Below, one piece after another: positions 34,199 through 45,158 of a stretch of DNA of 64,000 bases (position 1 is its first letter; every line of letters starts with the position of its first letter). Location: NCBI GenBank assembly GCA_977020255.1, contig CDROCS010000506.1:3038001-3102000 (forward strand), written 5' to 3'. The notes beneath the pieces were generated by a model. That model had not been told where the DNA came from. It worked only from the letters and a program-made list of their open reading frames with translations, and searched no databases. The DNA is from Obrimoposthia wandeli (lineage: Eukaryota). Both the position numbers and the translations under genes were made by a program.

Positions 34199-34477
34199 TC
34201 CGGCACTATTTCTGCGACGACAATTTTTTATTCTTGATACCAGATATTCATTCTGTAATGACTGTATTAAGTTAGTTCGATAAAAGATGATTTATCGCAA
34301 GCGCAACATGACCTTAGCTCGCTATGATTATGTTGCGCATATTCACTTATCTAAATGGACATTTATCGCTGCAATAGTAACGGTAGGGTTAGTGAAATAA
34401 AATCAACGAGAAAACCGCTAGATAGCAATATCTAGATTACCTCGTTAGCATTAAATGAATAGGACAAGGAGTGTTTT

Positions 34478-35242
34478 ATGTCTTTAATAAACAAATTAAC
34501 GGCGCAGTGGCAGCATAAGTCTAAAGCCGCTGCACCAGTCGTTTGGCCTGAATCTGCGTTTAGCGCTGAGCAACATGCAGCGCGCAATACGCAATTTAGT
34601 CAAACTTACCATGCTTATACTAATCCACAGCAAGCCTTTGAGTTTTGTCGCGCACAAGCCGATGAAGGCGTGGTTTTGGCGTTATATTTATTAGCGCTGC
34701 AGTATGAACAAGGTGATGGTCAGCAAACGTATTTAAGCCAAGCGTTAAGTTGTTACCAACGTGCCGCTGACTGTGGTCACCCAGAGTCTTTATTTAATCT
34801 GGCGCTGTTGCATTTACAAGGTCAGTTGGGTAAACCGAATGCGGTATTGGCGTTTAGCTATTTTGAACAAGCGGCTAAGCAGGGGCTAGTACAGGCGCAG
34901 TATAATCTCGCCAGTATGTTGGATCAGGGCTCGGGTTGTTTTCAAGATCAAAGCAAAGCGTTTGACTGGTACAACAAAGCCGCCGAGCAAGGTTATACCC
35001 AAGCATGGCAGAACATTGCGGTGATGTATTACCGTGGTGAAGGCGTTGAAGCCGATAAATTAAAGGCATACGCGTGGACATTATTAGCGGCAAAGGCCGG
35101 TGTCGACGAGGCTATCGCCGCAGAACCAGAGATGACACAAGCGTTAAACTCGACCGAGATCTTGGTGGGTAAAGCGCAGTTTGATCACTTACAACAAGGC
35201 TTTTTAGCTTATTTACCAATAGAAACCCGATTCGAAGGCTAA
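34478..35242 (+). CDS. Sel1-repeat protein
   Basis: Four to five repeats such as AAKQGLVQAQYNLASML and AAEQGYTQAWQNIAVMYYRGEGV. Confidence 0.9.
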   Translation: MSLINKLTAQWQHKSKAAAPVVWPESAFSAEQHAARNTQFSQTYHAYTNPQQAFEFCRAQADEGVVLALYLLALQYEQGDGQQTYLSQALSCYQRAADCGHPESLFNLALLHLQGQLGKPNAVLAFSYFEQAAKQGLVQAQYNLASMLDQGSGCFQDQSKAFDWYNKAAEQGYTQAWQNIAVMYYRGEGVEADKLKAYAWTLLAAKAGVDEAIAAEPEMTQALNSTEILVGKAQFDHLQQGFLAYLPIETRFEG

Positions 35243-35254
35243 CGATCTAGTTGG

Positions 35255-35355
35255 CACATAGTGTTTAAAGACACCACCACGCCGTAAACCCATCCATGGG
35301 GGCTTGGGGCTGGCATCCTTGCCAGCAACAGGTGGCTTTCTTTAATCGCTATGTG
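35255..35355. repeat. REP-like nested hairpin element
   Basis: Outer arms CACATAG/CTATGTG, TTAAAGA/TCTTTAA, CCACC/GGTGG; core CCGTAAACCCATCCATGGGGGC...GCTGGCA-TCCT-TGCCAGC. Confidence 0.6.
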
Positions 35356-35468
35356 AGGCATTGTCTAGCGTCGTTTAATTAATGTTGCTCAGTAGGTTTC
35401 ATTGTTCGGGTTTGTTGGCTTTGTTATAGTGTCATCGTTTTTAATTTCAATAACTTGTTAGGATCGAA

Positions 35469-36674
35469 ATGTCAGTGGTTGAATATGATATTGCAATTGT
35501 AGGTGCCGGTATGGTCGGTGCGACACTTGCACACGCGATAAGCCAAATACAACACCAAGATGGTCGTCAATTATCCATCGCGTTAATTGATGCCAATCCA
35601 CCAACGACCAGTAACCATCCTGGCTTTGATGCGCGTGTGATTGCATTATCTTATGGTTCACAACAGATATTAACTCAGTTTAAGTTGTGGGATAAGATCG
35701 CGCCAACAGCCACGGCGATCAAACATATTCATGTATCCGATCGTGGTCATTGGGGTTTCACCCGTCTTGATCACAGCGAATACAACTTGCCAGCATTAGG
35801 GCAAGTGATCGAACTGCAAACTGCAGGGCATATATTCCAACAAGATCTAGCCGCGACCAGCAATATCAATTGGTATTGCCCAAATCAGTTAGTCAGCTTA
35901 GATCGTCAAATTGAACATACCGATCTTACCCTTGATGACGGTCAGCAAATACGCTGCAAGTTATTAATCGGCGCAGACGGTAACAACTCTATGGTACGTC
36001 AGTTAACTAACGTGCCTATTGAAGTGACCGACTTTGAACAAACGGCGATCATTGCTAATGTCACCACCAGTAAACTGCACGAAGGCAAAGCTTTTGAGCG
36101 CTTTACGGATACTGGTCCATTAGCTTTATTGCCAATGAAAGATAAACGCAGTTCATTAGTGTGGTCAGTACGCAGTGATGAAGTTGACGCGATCATGGCA
36201 TTAGATGACAAAGCATTCTTAGCACGTTTACAGTTGCGTTTCGGTTATCGCTTAGGCACGTTTACTAAAACCGGTCAGCGTTTTTCATATCCGCTGCTAT
36301 TAACAGAAGCGTTAGAGCCAACTCAGCATCGTAGTGTTGTGATTGGTAATGCGGCGCATGCACTACACCCGATTGCGGGTCAGGGTTATAACCTTGGCTT
36401 ACGTGATGTGGCGGTATTGCATCATCAAATTGAACAAGCTTTTTTAAACGACCAAGATGTCGGCGCGCAAGCCGTCACCAAAGGTTACTGGCACAAGCGT
36501 CAAGGCGATCATCAGAAAACGATTTGGATGACGACCTCATTAGCGACCTTGTTTGCCAATAACTATGCGCCGCTGGTGGCCGGTCGTAATTTAGCCCTGC
36601 ATACCATGGGTTACAAACCAGAATATAAACGCGCACTCGCACGTCAAGCACTTGGCGCGTTCAAGTTATTTTAA
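35469..36674 (+). CDS. ubiH: 2-octaprenyl-6-methoxyphenol hydroxylase
   Basis: GAGMVG, FDARVIALS, FERFT.TGPLALLP, GNAAH.LHPIAGQGYNLGLRD. Confidence 0.93.
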   Translation: MSVVEYDIAIVGAGMVGATLAHAISQIQHQDGRQLSIALIDANPPTTSNHPGFDARVIALSYGSQQILTQFKLWDKIAPTATAIKHIHVSDRGHWGFTRLDHSEYNLPALGQVIELQTAGHIFQQDLAATSNINWYCPNQLVSLDRQIEHTDLTLDDGQQIRCKLLIGADGNNSMVRQLTNVPIEVTDFEQTAIIANVTTSKLHEGKAFERFTDTGPLALLPMKDKRSSLVWSVRSDEVDAIMALDDKAFLARLQLRFGYRLGTFTKTGQRFSYPLLLTEALEPTQHRSVVIGNAAHALHPIAGQGYNLGLRDVAVLHHQIEQAFLNDQDVGAQAVTKGYWHKRQGDHQKTIWMTTSLATLFANNYAPLVAGRNLALHTMGYKPEYKRALARQALGAFKLF

Positions 36675-36689
36675 GCATTAGGATATTAT

Positions 36690-37907
36690 ATGCAATCTTA
36701 TGATATTGCGGTTGTTGGCGGAGGCATGGTTGGACTTGCTTTTGCAGCAGCATTAAAAGAAACCAGCCTTAAGATCGTAGTTATCGAAGGGAATGAACTG
36801 GATCGCGAATTAGGTGAATCACCAGAATTACGCGTGAGCGCACTGAGCCGTGCCAGCCAAAATATATTACAAAATGTAGGTGCGTGGTCAGGTATCGAAA
36901 GCCGCCGCCATCAAGCATACGGCGCAATGCAAGTGTGGGATCGTAATGGCTTTGGTCAGATCGACTTCGACGGCGATGCGTTAATGACAGATACCTTAGG
37001 GCATTTGGTCGAAAACAAAGTGATCCAGTTAGCGCTGTTAGAGCAAATAGAAAAAGCCAGCAACATTACCTTATTAACAGGTACGCGTATTAGCAAACTA
37101 AGCCGTGGCGATGATGCCGCTTGGTTAACGCTAGAAGGTCAAGAACCGGTATACGCAAAACTGATCGTTGGTGCTGACGGTGCTAATTCATGGACTCGTT
37201 CACAAGTGGATATTCCGCTGACGACATGGGATTATAATCACCATGCAATCGTGGCAAATATCCGCACTGTTGAACCGCATCAATCTTGTGCACGTCAGAT
37301 CTTTAATCCAGAAGGGCCATTAGCGTTCTTACCTTTATGGCAACCAGATCTGTGTTCTATCGTGTGGTCATTACCACCAGAACGTGCAACTGCATTGTTA
37401 GCAATGGATGAAAGCGAATTCAACAAGCAATTGACCGTGGCATTCGATGGCCGTTTAGGTTTATGTAAAGTAGAAGGCCAACGTCAGGCATTCCCGCTTA
37501 AAATGCGTTATGCCCGTAGCTTTGCCAGTGATCGCGTGGCGTTAATTGGCGATGCCGCGCATACCATTCACCCGTTAGCAGGGCAGGGTGTTAACCTTGG
37601 TTTGTTAGATGCGGCGAGTTTGGCACAATGTGTATTAGAAAATCACTTAGCCAATAAAGATATAGGTAGCCATGCGCACTTGCGCAAGTTTGAGCGCTGG
37701 CGTAAAGCCGAAGCGGCTGTGATGATTTCAAGCATGGAAGGGTTAAAACGTCTATTCAGTGGTGGTCATCCGGCGAAACGTATTTTCCGCGATATTGGCT
37801 TAACCTTATCGAATACATTACCTGGGTTAAAGCTAAGCTTTATTAAACGGGCGATGGGATTAGAAGGTGAACTACCTGACCTTGCTAAATCAAACAGTAG
37901 CCGTTAA
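36690..37907 (+). CDS. ubiI: FAD-dependent 2-octaprenylphenol hydroxylase (VisC)
   Basis: GGGMVG, RVSALS, GDAAHTIHPLAGQGVNLG; follows ubiH. Confidence 0.9.
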   Translation: MQSYDIAVVGGGMVGLAFAAALKETSLKIVVIEGNELDRELGESPELRVSALSRASQNILQNVGAWSGIESRRHQAYGAMQVWDRNGFGQIDFDGDALMTDTLGHLVENKVIQLALLEQIEKASNITLLTGTRISKLSRGDDAAWLTLEGQEPVYAKLIVGADGANSWTRSQVDIPLTTWDYNHHAIVANIRTVEPHQSCARQIFNPEGPLAFLPLWQPDLCSIVWSLPPERATALLAMDESEFNKQLTVAFDGRLGLCKVEGQRQAFPLKMRYARSFASDRVALIGDAAHTIHPLAGQGVNLGLLDAASLAQCVLENHLANKDIGSHAHLRKFERWRKAEAAVMISSMEGLKRLFSGGHPAKRIFRDIGLTLSNTLPGLKLSFIKRAMGLEGELPDLAKSNSSR

Positions 37908-38391
37908 GCTGATCACACTTAATTGTGAATAACCGTAAAAATAGTGTAATTAATCAGCCTGGTTAATCGCACTATTGATGAGAATAACTAATGTAAACAC
38001 CCCGTTTGCATTAGTTATAATAATGTTAACGACCTTTGCTTTTCCCATCGTAATAGCTCATTCATTGTCAATATAGTCAATAATTGGCAAATCCAGCTGC
38101 CTTTAATGTATTTTTTGTGATCTACAACGTCCTTATACCCCTAGAATAACTTTTCTCGCTATTTAAGTGTTAGCCTCCTCGGCATTATTATTTTGTTAAC
38201 CATTAGGTTTTCTATTCCTTAAATCATTTTTAACGGATGCTATCTAAGGGTATAATCAAATCATTGTCATGTAATAGACTTTACATGACCGTTTTATATA
38301 AAGCCTTATATAGGACTTTATCTAAAGCAAAAAGCAATTTTACTTGATCCCAAAGTCTTGATTAATAACTGTCAATTAAAGGAATTATAGA

Positions 38392-39486
38392 ATGGCTCAA
38401 CAAACAGTACTGTTCCCGAAGCACGTAGAAGCAGGGGCAAAAATGGTGGACTTCCATGGTTGGGATATGCCAATCAATTATGGTTCTCAGATTGCTGAAC
38501 ATAATGCTGTACGCGAAGATGCGGGTATGTTCGATGTGTCACACATGACTATCGTTGATATCAAAGGCTCTGATGCAAAGTCGTTCTTACGTTATTTACT
38601 TGCCAATGATGTGGCAAAATTAACTGTTTCTGGTAAAGCACTATATACCGGAATGTTACAACAAGATGGTGGGGTTATTGATGACCTTATCGTTTACTTC
38701 TTCAATGATGAATACTACCGTTTAGTGGTTAACTCAGCGACTCGTGTTAAAGATTTAGCATGGATCAACAAACAAGCTGCAGATTTCTCTGTTGCTGTTA
38801 CTGAATTACCTGAACTAGCAATGATTGCTGTTCAAGGCCCTAAAGCGAAAGAAAAAGCCGCTACTGTATTCACAGCTGAGCAAAACGCTGCTGTTGAAGG
38901 CATGAAGCCTTTCTTTGGTGTGCAAGCGGGTAGTTTGTTTATTGCTACAACGGGTTATACCGGTGAAGCAGGTTATGAAATAGTTGTTCCACAAGACCAA
39001 GCTTGCGATTTATGGCAGCAACTTGTGGACGCAGGTGTTCAACCAGCAGGTCTAGGCGCACGTGATACACTACGCTTAGAAGCTGGCATGAACCTGTATG
39101 GTTTAGATATGGATGAAACTGTATCTCCGCTAGCCGCTAATATGGGCTGGACGATTGCTTGGGAACCACAAGAACGTGACTTTATTGGTCGCGCTGCACT
39201 TACTGCTCAAAAAGCAGAAGGCACTGACAAGCTTGTTGGTTTGGTTCTGGAAGCGAAAGGTATTTTACGTACTGGTCAAAAAGTCGTATTTACTAACGCT
39301 GCAGGCGAAGCATGTGAAGGCGTTATCACGAGTGGTAGCTTCTCACCAACATTAGGTTTTAGTATTGCATTTGCACGTGTTCCAGCATCAATCGGCGAAA
39401 CAGCTGAAGTTGAAATGCGTAAGAAATTTGTACCAGTTGCAGTGACTAAACCCGCGTTTGTTCGTAATGGTAAAAAACTGGTTTAA
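38392..39486 (+). CDS. gcvT: Glycine cleavage T protein
   Basis: [31 protein letters not shown]. Confidence 0.98.
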   Translation: MAQQTVLFPKHVEAGAKMVDFHGWDMPINYGSQIAEHNAVREDAGMFDVSHMTIVDIKGSDAKSFLRYLLANDVAKLTVSGKALYTGMLQQDGGVIDDLIVYFFNDEYYRLVVNSATRVKDLAWINKQAADFSVAVTELPELAMIAVQGPKAKEKAATVFTAEQNAAVEGMKPFFGVQAGSLFIATTGYTGEAGYEIVVPQDQACDLWQQLVDAGVQPAGLGARDTLRLEAGMNLYGLDMDETVSPLAANMGWTIAWEPQERDFIGRAALTAQKAEGTDKLVGLVLEAKGILRTGQKVVFTNAAGEACEGVITSGSFSPTLGFSIAFARVPASIGETAEVEMRKKFVPVAVTKPAFVRNGKKLV

Positions 39487-39549
39487 CTTATTTAGTGTTA
39501 CCAAATAAAAACATAATCATTTAAGTATAAGACAAAAGGAATTTCAACA

Positions 39550-39936
39550 ATGAGCAATATCCCAGCTGAACTAAAATATGCAACTTCACATGAATGGGTT
39601 CGTCGAGAAGAAGACGGTACATTTACTGTTGGTATTACTGAACATGCCCAAGGCCTTCTTGGTGACATGGTATTCATCGATTTACCAGATGTTGGTGATG
39701 AAATTGAAGCTGGCGAAGATTGCGCTGTAGGCGAATCTGTTAAAGCTGCTTCAGACATCTACGCACCAATCAGTGGTGAAGTTGTTGCAATCAATGAAGA
39801 ACTTGAAGATTCTCCAGAGCTAGTTAACTCGGATGCATTCGGCGAAGGCTGGTTGTTCCGCGTTAAAGCGTCTGATGAAAGCCAACTAGAAGCGTTACTT
39901 GACGCTGCTGGTTATGCAGAATCAATCGAAGACTAA
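39550..39936 (+). CDS. gcvH: Glycine cleavage H protein
   Basis: [20 protein letters not shown] lipoyl-lysine motif, GEGWLF. Confidence 0.98.
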   Translation: MSNIPAELKYATSHEWVRREEDGTFTVGITEHAQGLLGDMVFIDLPDVGDEIEAGEDCAVGESVKAASDIYAPISGEVVAINEELEDSPELVNSDAFGEGWLFRVKASDESQLEALLDAAGYAESIED

Positions 39937-39945
39937 TTGTTGTTT

Positions 39946-39975
39946 AAACCCCGAGCTAGCCTCGGGGTTTTTTTT
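39946..39975 (+). terminator. Intra-operon terminator between gcvH and gcvP
   Basis: AAACCCCGAG-CTAGC-CTCGGGGTTT followed by a T-run. Confidence 0.75.
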
Positions 39976-40028
39976 AATTTTGTAAACGCTATTTTTATTT
40001 TGTAATAGTAAAATATACAGGGAATTGC

Positions 40029-42935
40029 ATGAAAACCCATACCCCACTTGCCCAGTTAGAGCAGAACGATAATTTCGCCCGTCGCCACATTGGCCCTTGC
40101 GAAGAAGAAACTAAAGCAATGTTAACGAAAGTTGGCGCTGAATCTTTAGAAGACCTTATTCAACAAACTGTACCTAGCTCAATCTTATTGGCAGAAGACG
40201 TTGTTGCTGGCCATCAGTTATCTGAAGTTGCAGCACTGCAAGAATTAAAAGCCATCGCAGCGAAAAACACAGTAAACAAAAGCTACATTGGTATGGGCTA
40301 TTACGGTACTAACGTGCCGAATGTTATCCTACGTAACGTATTCGAAAATCCAGGCTGGTACACGGCATACACGCCTTACCAACCAGAAATTGCACAAGGT
40401 CGTTTAGAAGCACTGCTTAACTTCCAAACAATGACGTGTGATTTAACCGGCATGGACTTAGCAAGCGCATCACTCCTTGACGAAGCAACAGCAGCAGCTG
40501 AAGCAATGGCAATGTGTAAGCGTGTTTCTAAAAACAAAAAATCTGACAACTTCTTTATCGCCGACAGCGTACACCCACAAGTTGCTGACGTGATGATCGA
40601 ACGTGCGGAGCACTTCGGTTTCACTATTATTCAAGGTCCAGCAGCAACAGCCGCTGACCATGACTTGTTTGGTGCGGTACTTCAGTACCCAGGTACGAAC
40701 GGTGACGTAACAGATATCAGCGACATTATTGCTGCTATCCAAGCGAAAAAAGGTGTTGTTGCAGTTGGTTCTGATTTATTAGCACTTACGCGCATTAAAT
40801 CTCCTGCAGAACTGGGTGCAGACATCGCGTTTGGTAGTTCACAACGCTTTGGTGTACCAATGGGTTATGGCGGTCCACACGCGGCATTCTTTGCTACATG
40901 TGACAAACATAAACGTTCTATGCCAGGTCGTATCATTGGTGTTTCTAAAGACACACATGGTAAACCAGCTCTACGTATGGCTATGCAAACGCGCGAGCAA
41001 CACATTCGCCGTGAAAAAGCTAACTCAAACATTTGTACAGCGCAGGTATTACTAGCGAACATGGCTGGTTTCTACGCAACATATCACGGTCCTCAAGGCC
41101 TGAAAGATATTGCTAAGCGTGTACACCGTTTTACTGATTTATTAGCAGCTGGTCTTGTTAAAGGTGGTTTAAGCCTGACTAACAATACTTGGTTCGATAC
41201 AATCACAGTACAGTTAGATAACGAATTGTTAGATAACAAAGAAAAAGTTGTTACTCGTGCATTAGCAGCGGGCATTAACTTCCGTCTTGATTCTGAGCAC
41301 CAAGTTGGTATCAGCATCGATGAAACAATCACGCAAGCTGACCTAGCGACATTATTCGACGTATTACTTGGCGACGACCACGGTATCTCGATTGACGCAC
41401 TAGAAGCTGAACTGGCTGCAACAGGTAGCACGTCTATCCCTGCATCAGTTGAACGTGAATCTGCATTCCTAACACACCCAGTATTTAACTCTCATCATTC
41501 AGAAACAGAAATGATGCGTTATATTAAATCTCTGGAAAATAAAGATTTAGCCCTTAACCATTCAATGATTTCATTAGGCTCTTGCACAATGAAACTGAAT
41601 GCAGTTGCCGAAATGATCCCAGTAACATGGCCTGAATTCAGCAACATGCACCCGTTCTGCCCAGCAGACCAAGCGGTTGGTTATAAAGTGATGATTGACC
41701 TGTTAGAAGACTGGTTAGTTAGCATCACTGGTTACGATTCAATTTGTATGCAACCTAACTCGGGTGCTCAAGGTGAATATGCTGGTCTACTAGCTATCCA
41801 CAAATACCATGAGTCTCGTGGCGATTCACATCGTAACATCTGTCTTATCCCTAGCTCTGCGCACGGTACTAACCCTGCATCAGCGCAAATGGCGGGTCTG
41901 AAAGTTGTAGTAACTAAGTGTGATGCGAACGGTAACGTTGACGTTGAAGACTTACGTGAAAAAGCGATTGAACTGAAAGACAACCTTTCTTGCATCATGA
42001 TCACGTACCCATCGACACACGGTGTATACGAAGAAACGATTAAAGAAATCTGTGAAATCATTCATGACAACGGCGGCCAAGTTTACATGGACGGCGCGAA
42101 CATGAACGCACAGGTAGGTCTTACTTCACCTGGTTCTATGGGTTCTGATGTTTCTCACCTGAACTTACATAAAACATTCGCTATCCCACACGGTGGCGGT
42201 GGTCCAGGTATGGGTCCTATCGGCGTTAAAGCACACCTTGCACCATTTGTTGCTGGTCACGCTGTTGCAGACACAGGTAAAGAAAGCCGTAACAACGGTG
42301 CGGTATCTGCTGCACAGTTCGGTAGCGCAAGCATCTTGCCTATTACGTGGATGTACATCAACATGTTGGGTACAGATGGCCTGAAAGCGTCTACACAGAC
42401 AGCTATCTTGAATGCTAACTACCTAGCTCAAAACTTAGACCCACTGTTCCCAGTGCTTTATAAAGGCCGTAATGACCGTGTTGCTCACGAGTGCATCATT
42501 GATTTACGCCCACTTAAAGAAGCGACTGGTATCAGCGAGTCTGATGTTGCTAAACGTCTAATGGATTATGGTTTCCACGCGCCAACAATGAGCTTCCCAG
42601 TTGCGGGTACGCTGATGATTGAGCCAACTGAATCAGAATCTAAAGCTGAATTAGATCGCTTCATTCTAGCAATGACAGGCATCCGTGCTGAGATTGCTAA
42701 AGTTGAATCGGGTGAGTGGACTGCAGAACAAAGCCCACTACATAACGCACCACACACACTAGCTGATATTGTTGACGCTAACTGGGATCGTGCTTATGAC
42801 CGTGAAACTGCGGTTTACCCTGCTGCTTACGTGAAGAAAGACAAGTTCTGGCCTACAGTAAACCGCATCGATGATGTGTATGGCGACCGTAACTTATTCT
42901 GCTCATGCCCACCAATTGAAGCGTATAACGACTAA
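40029..42935 (+). CDS. gcvP: Glycine dehydrogenase (P protein)
   Basis: [38 protein letters not shown]. Confidence 0.99.
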   Translation: MKTHTPLAQLEQNDNFARRHIGPCEEETKAMLTKVGAESLEDLIQQTVPSSILLAEDVVAGHQLSEVAALQELKAIAAKNTVNKSYIGMGYYGTNVPNVILRNVFENPGWYTAYTPYQPEIAQGRLEALLNFQTMTCDLTGMDLASASLLDEATAAAEAMAMCKRVSKNKKSDNFFIADSVHPQVADVMIERAEHFGFTIIQGPAATAADHDLFGAVLQYPGTNGDVTDISDIIAAIQAKKGVVAVGSDLLALTRIKSPAELGADIAFGSSQRFGVPMGYGGPHAAFFATCDKHKRSMPGRIIGVSKDTHGKPALRMAMQTREQHIRREKANSNICTAQVLLANMAGFYATYHGPQGLKDIAKRVHRFTDLLAAGLVKGGLSLTNNTWFDTITVQLDNELLDNKEKVVTRALAAGINFRLDSEHQVGISIDETITQADLATLFDVLLGDDHGISIDALEAELAATGSTSIPASVERESAFLTHPVFNSHHSETEMMRYIKSLENKDLALNHSMISLGSCTMKLNAVAEMIPVTWPEFSNMHPFCPADQAVGYKVMIDLLEDWLVSITGYDSICMQPNSGAQGEYAGLLAIHKYHESRGDSHRNICLIPSSAHGTNPASAQMAGLKVVVTKCDANGNVDVEDLREKAIELKDNLSCIMITYPSTHGVYEETIKEICEIIHDNGGQVYMDGANMNAQVGLTSPGSMGSDVSHLNLHKTFAIPHGGGGPGMGPIGVKAHLAPFVAGHAVADTGKESRNNGAVSAAQFGSASILPITWMYINMLGTDGLKASTQTAILNANYLAQNLDPLFPVLYKGRNDRVAHECIIDLRPLKEATGISESDVAKRLMDYGFHAPTMSFPVAGTLMIEPTESESKAELDRFILAMTGIRAEIAKVESGEWTAEQSPLHNAPHTLADIVDANWDRAYDRETAVYPAAYVKKDKFWPTVNRIDDVYGDRNLFCSCPPIEAYND

Positions 42936-42982
42936 TTTGGTTAATTTAGCGTGTAACAGCGCTAAAGACATGAAGTGATAAG

Positions 42983-43015
42983 AGCGAGTCCTGCGAAAGT
43001 AGGGCTCGCTTTTTT
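42983..43015 (+). terminator. gcv operon terminator, marking the left edge of the AT-rich island
   Basis: AGCGAGTCCTGC-GAAA-GTAGGGCTCGCT followed by a T-run. Confidence 0.88.
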
Positions 43016-43325
43016 GTTGGGTTTTTATTTATCCAAGACAACCCATCCTATGTTGCCAAAGTACTGTGTTTAGAATAATAAGTTATGGTTTTGTATAGTA
43101 TTATTCTTTTTATTATTAATTATTAATTTGTCTGGTAAAGGTATCAATCACCCTTGGTTTTAATTGAAAGTTTAATATAATCATATGCATAAATATTTTT
43201 AATGGTCTGCAAAACTTGATGTAAGTAACAGAGTTACACACTTTCTCTGTGGTAAATTCAATGTCGGATTGGCTTTATTAAATATTAAGACGTCAACTTT
43301 AGGTATATTTTTATAAAAATAAATA

Positions 43326-43778
43326 ATGGAGAAATTGATGCAGTTATACAGAGGTATCTCAGAGTCTACAGAAAGTAATTTGCTAGAAAATTTTTATCTA
43401 AAGACCCCTAGGAAGCCAAAAAATTCTCATATCAATGTACATGATGTTGCTGACAATTGGTTTTTAGATAAATTTGGAGTGAGAGCTAGAAGCCAGGCTA
43501 TATTTTGTACTACAGATATAGAACAGGCTAAAGAGTATGGCCAGCCATATAAAATTTCAATTCCTGAATCTGTAAAATTCAAGTTAATATTTAGTGTTCA
43601 CGTTAATGACTTTATCGAAATAGAGGCTGAAATCAGCGATGTTAATAATGATAAACAGATATTAGAGTGGCTAGAAAGTAAGTCATATGATGAGAAGACT
43701 TGTTTTAGTAAGTTGCCTAACGAACTAGATGGGGAAGTTATGCTTTACTGTGAAAGCTATGAGATTTTAAAGGTTTAG
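43326..43778 (+). CDS. Hypothetical protein with ADP-ribosyltransferase-like motif spacing (ART-1)
   Basis: LYRG, AIFCTTDIEQAKEYG and GEVML follow the R / aromatic-S/T / E order of ART folds. Fold call is by eye. Confidence 0.55.
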   Translation: MEKLMQLYRGISESTESNLLENFYLKTPRKPKNSHINVHDVADNWFLDKFGVRARSQAIFCTTDIEQAKEYGQPYKISIPESVKFKLIFSVHVNDFIEIEAEISDVNNDKQILEWLESKSYDEKTCFSKLPNELDGEVMLYCESYEILKV

Positions 43779-44855
43779 ATGATAGACACGGAAGAATTCC
43801 TAAAAAGTTTAGGCTTATTAAAGATTAACGGCTTTAGCTTTAAAAAAACGCTTGGTGGCGGAAGTGCTCTTAGTTGTTTGTATGTTCAAGGTAATGAAAA
43901 GGCAGTATTTAAATTTTTAATTTCACCTCGAAACACAATTGAATTAGAACGTTTTAAGCTTGAATGTTCAGTTTTAGAGATAAATATAGCAAACTCGAGC
44001 CGAACAAAATCCGGATTTAAGCCTCATGATGAAATGTTTATAGGGCCGAAAACTAGCTACCCTTTACCGACTATTAAATTTTCGTTTACGAGTAGATTTG
44101 AAAACCTAGTTAACTATTTTGCATACTCTTATGAAGAGGGGACGTTATTATCTGGGCTTGATACAAGCAGCTATAGCCTAGCAGATAAAACTTTACTCCT
44201 GTACCGCTTGGCGTCTGGTTTGAGTTATTTTAATCTCACTGGATATGCTCATCGAGACTTGCATCCTGAGAACATATTATTACTCGAAAATTATAATATG
44301 CCTCATAGTGAGAGGTATGGATCTGTTAACGATCCAAGAGTTAAATTTCTTGATATGGGGAATTGTCAACGTAATGACCTTGAGCGGGATTGGTTATATC
44401 GCATAAATCGAAATTTAAATGAAGATGTAGTTTTTCAGGATAATAATAGGCGAATATTATCGTCATTTGCATCGATGCCTCCTGACTTTTTAGAGAAAGG
44501 TGAGAATACACTAAATTATGATACTTGGTCATTTGGTGTCTATGCCTATAATTTACTGTTTGAAGAAATGCCATTTCATGCTGATCAAATTGGAGATGTA
44601 ACATTGCTTCTTAGAGGTCGGAGTTTTACGGGAAATTATAAAAGAAACTTAGACTCAGTATCTCTTGGCCTAAGATTGGTTTTAAACCATTTGCTGTCGC
44701 CAAATGGTAACGATCGGCCATCAATAGATGCAATTGTTCGTTTGTTTAGTTGGTTAGTAGATAGAGAGGAAGAGTTCCGAGAGCGTAGTTTTATTAATCA
44801 AGTAATCCACTCTGGTGGTTTTGATCCAAATTATGACCAGAGGTACGACGATTAA
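43779..44855 (+). CDS. Hanks-type Ser/Thr protein kinase (kinase-1)
   Basis: LGGGS, VFKF, HRDLHPENILL, FLDMG, PPD, YDTWSFG. ATG immediately follows the ART-1 stop. Confidence 0.9.
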   Translation: MIDTEEFLKSLGLLKINGFSFKKTLGGGSALSCLYVQGNEKAVFKFLISPRNTIELERFKLECSVLEINIANSSRTKSGFKPHDEMFIGPKTSYPLPTIKFSFTSRFENLVNYFAYSYEEGTLLSGLDTSSYSLADKTLLLYRLASGLSYFNLTGYAHRDLHPENILLLENYNMPHSERYGSVNDPRVKFLDMGNCQRNDLERDWLYRINRNLNEDVVFQDNNRRILSSFASMPPDFLEKGENTLNYDTWSFGVYAYNLLFEEMPFHADQIGDVTLLLRGRSFTGNYKRNLDSVSLGLRLVLNHLLSPNGNDRPSIDAIVRLFSWLVDREEEFRERSFINQVIHSGGFDPNYDQRYDD

Positions 44856-45158
44856 GAGTTGTGAAAGTTAACAGATCATACTGTTTAATAATGATTTTCA
44901 ACATGTGGCCGTTTTACTGTGAATTATATGTTCTATTCACAGGTTTTACTTAACCCACATCTTAAATCGGTGGCTATTTTATAAAAATATATTTAGGACT
45001 TATTTTAGATGAAATATCGAGATTCTAATTTAGTTGGTAAGACTTAGTGAATAATATTTAAATGTATTAAAATATATAATCTACATGTTTAATTTTGTAC
45101 TTAAGCTAAATAATTATAATTACATTTTTATTAAATTTTAATATAAAAGAAGTGGTGA

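Noticed and set aside
37908-38391. Glycine riboswitch upstream of gcvT
   Set aside because: No GGAGA/GAAG aptamer cores seen; the region is AT-rich and promoter-like.
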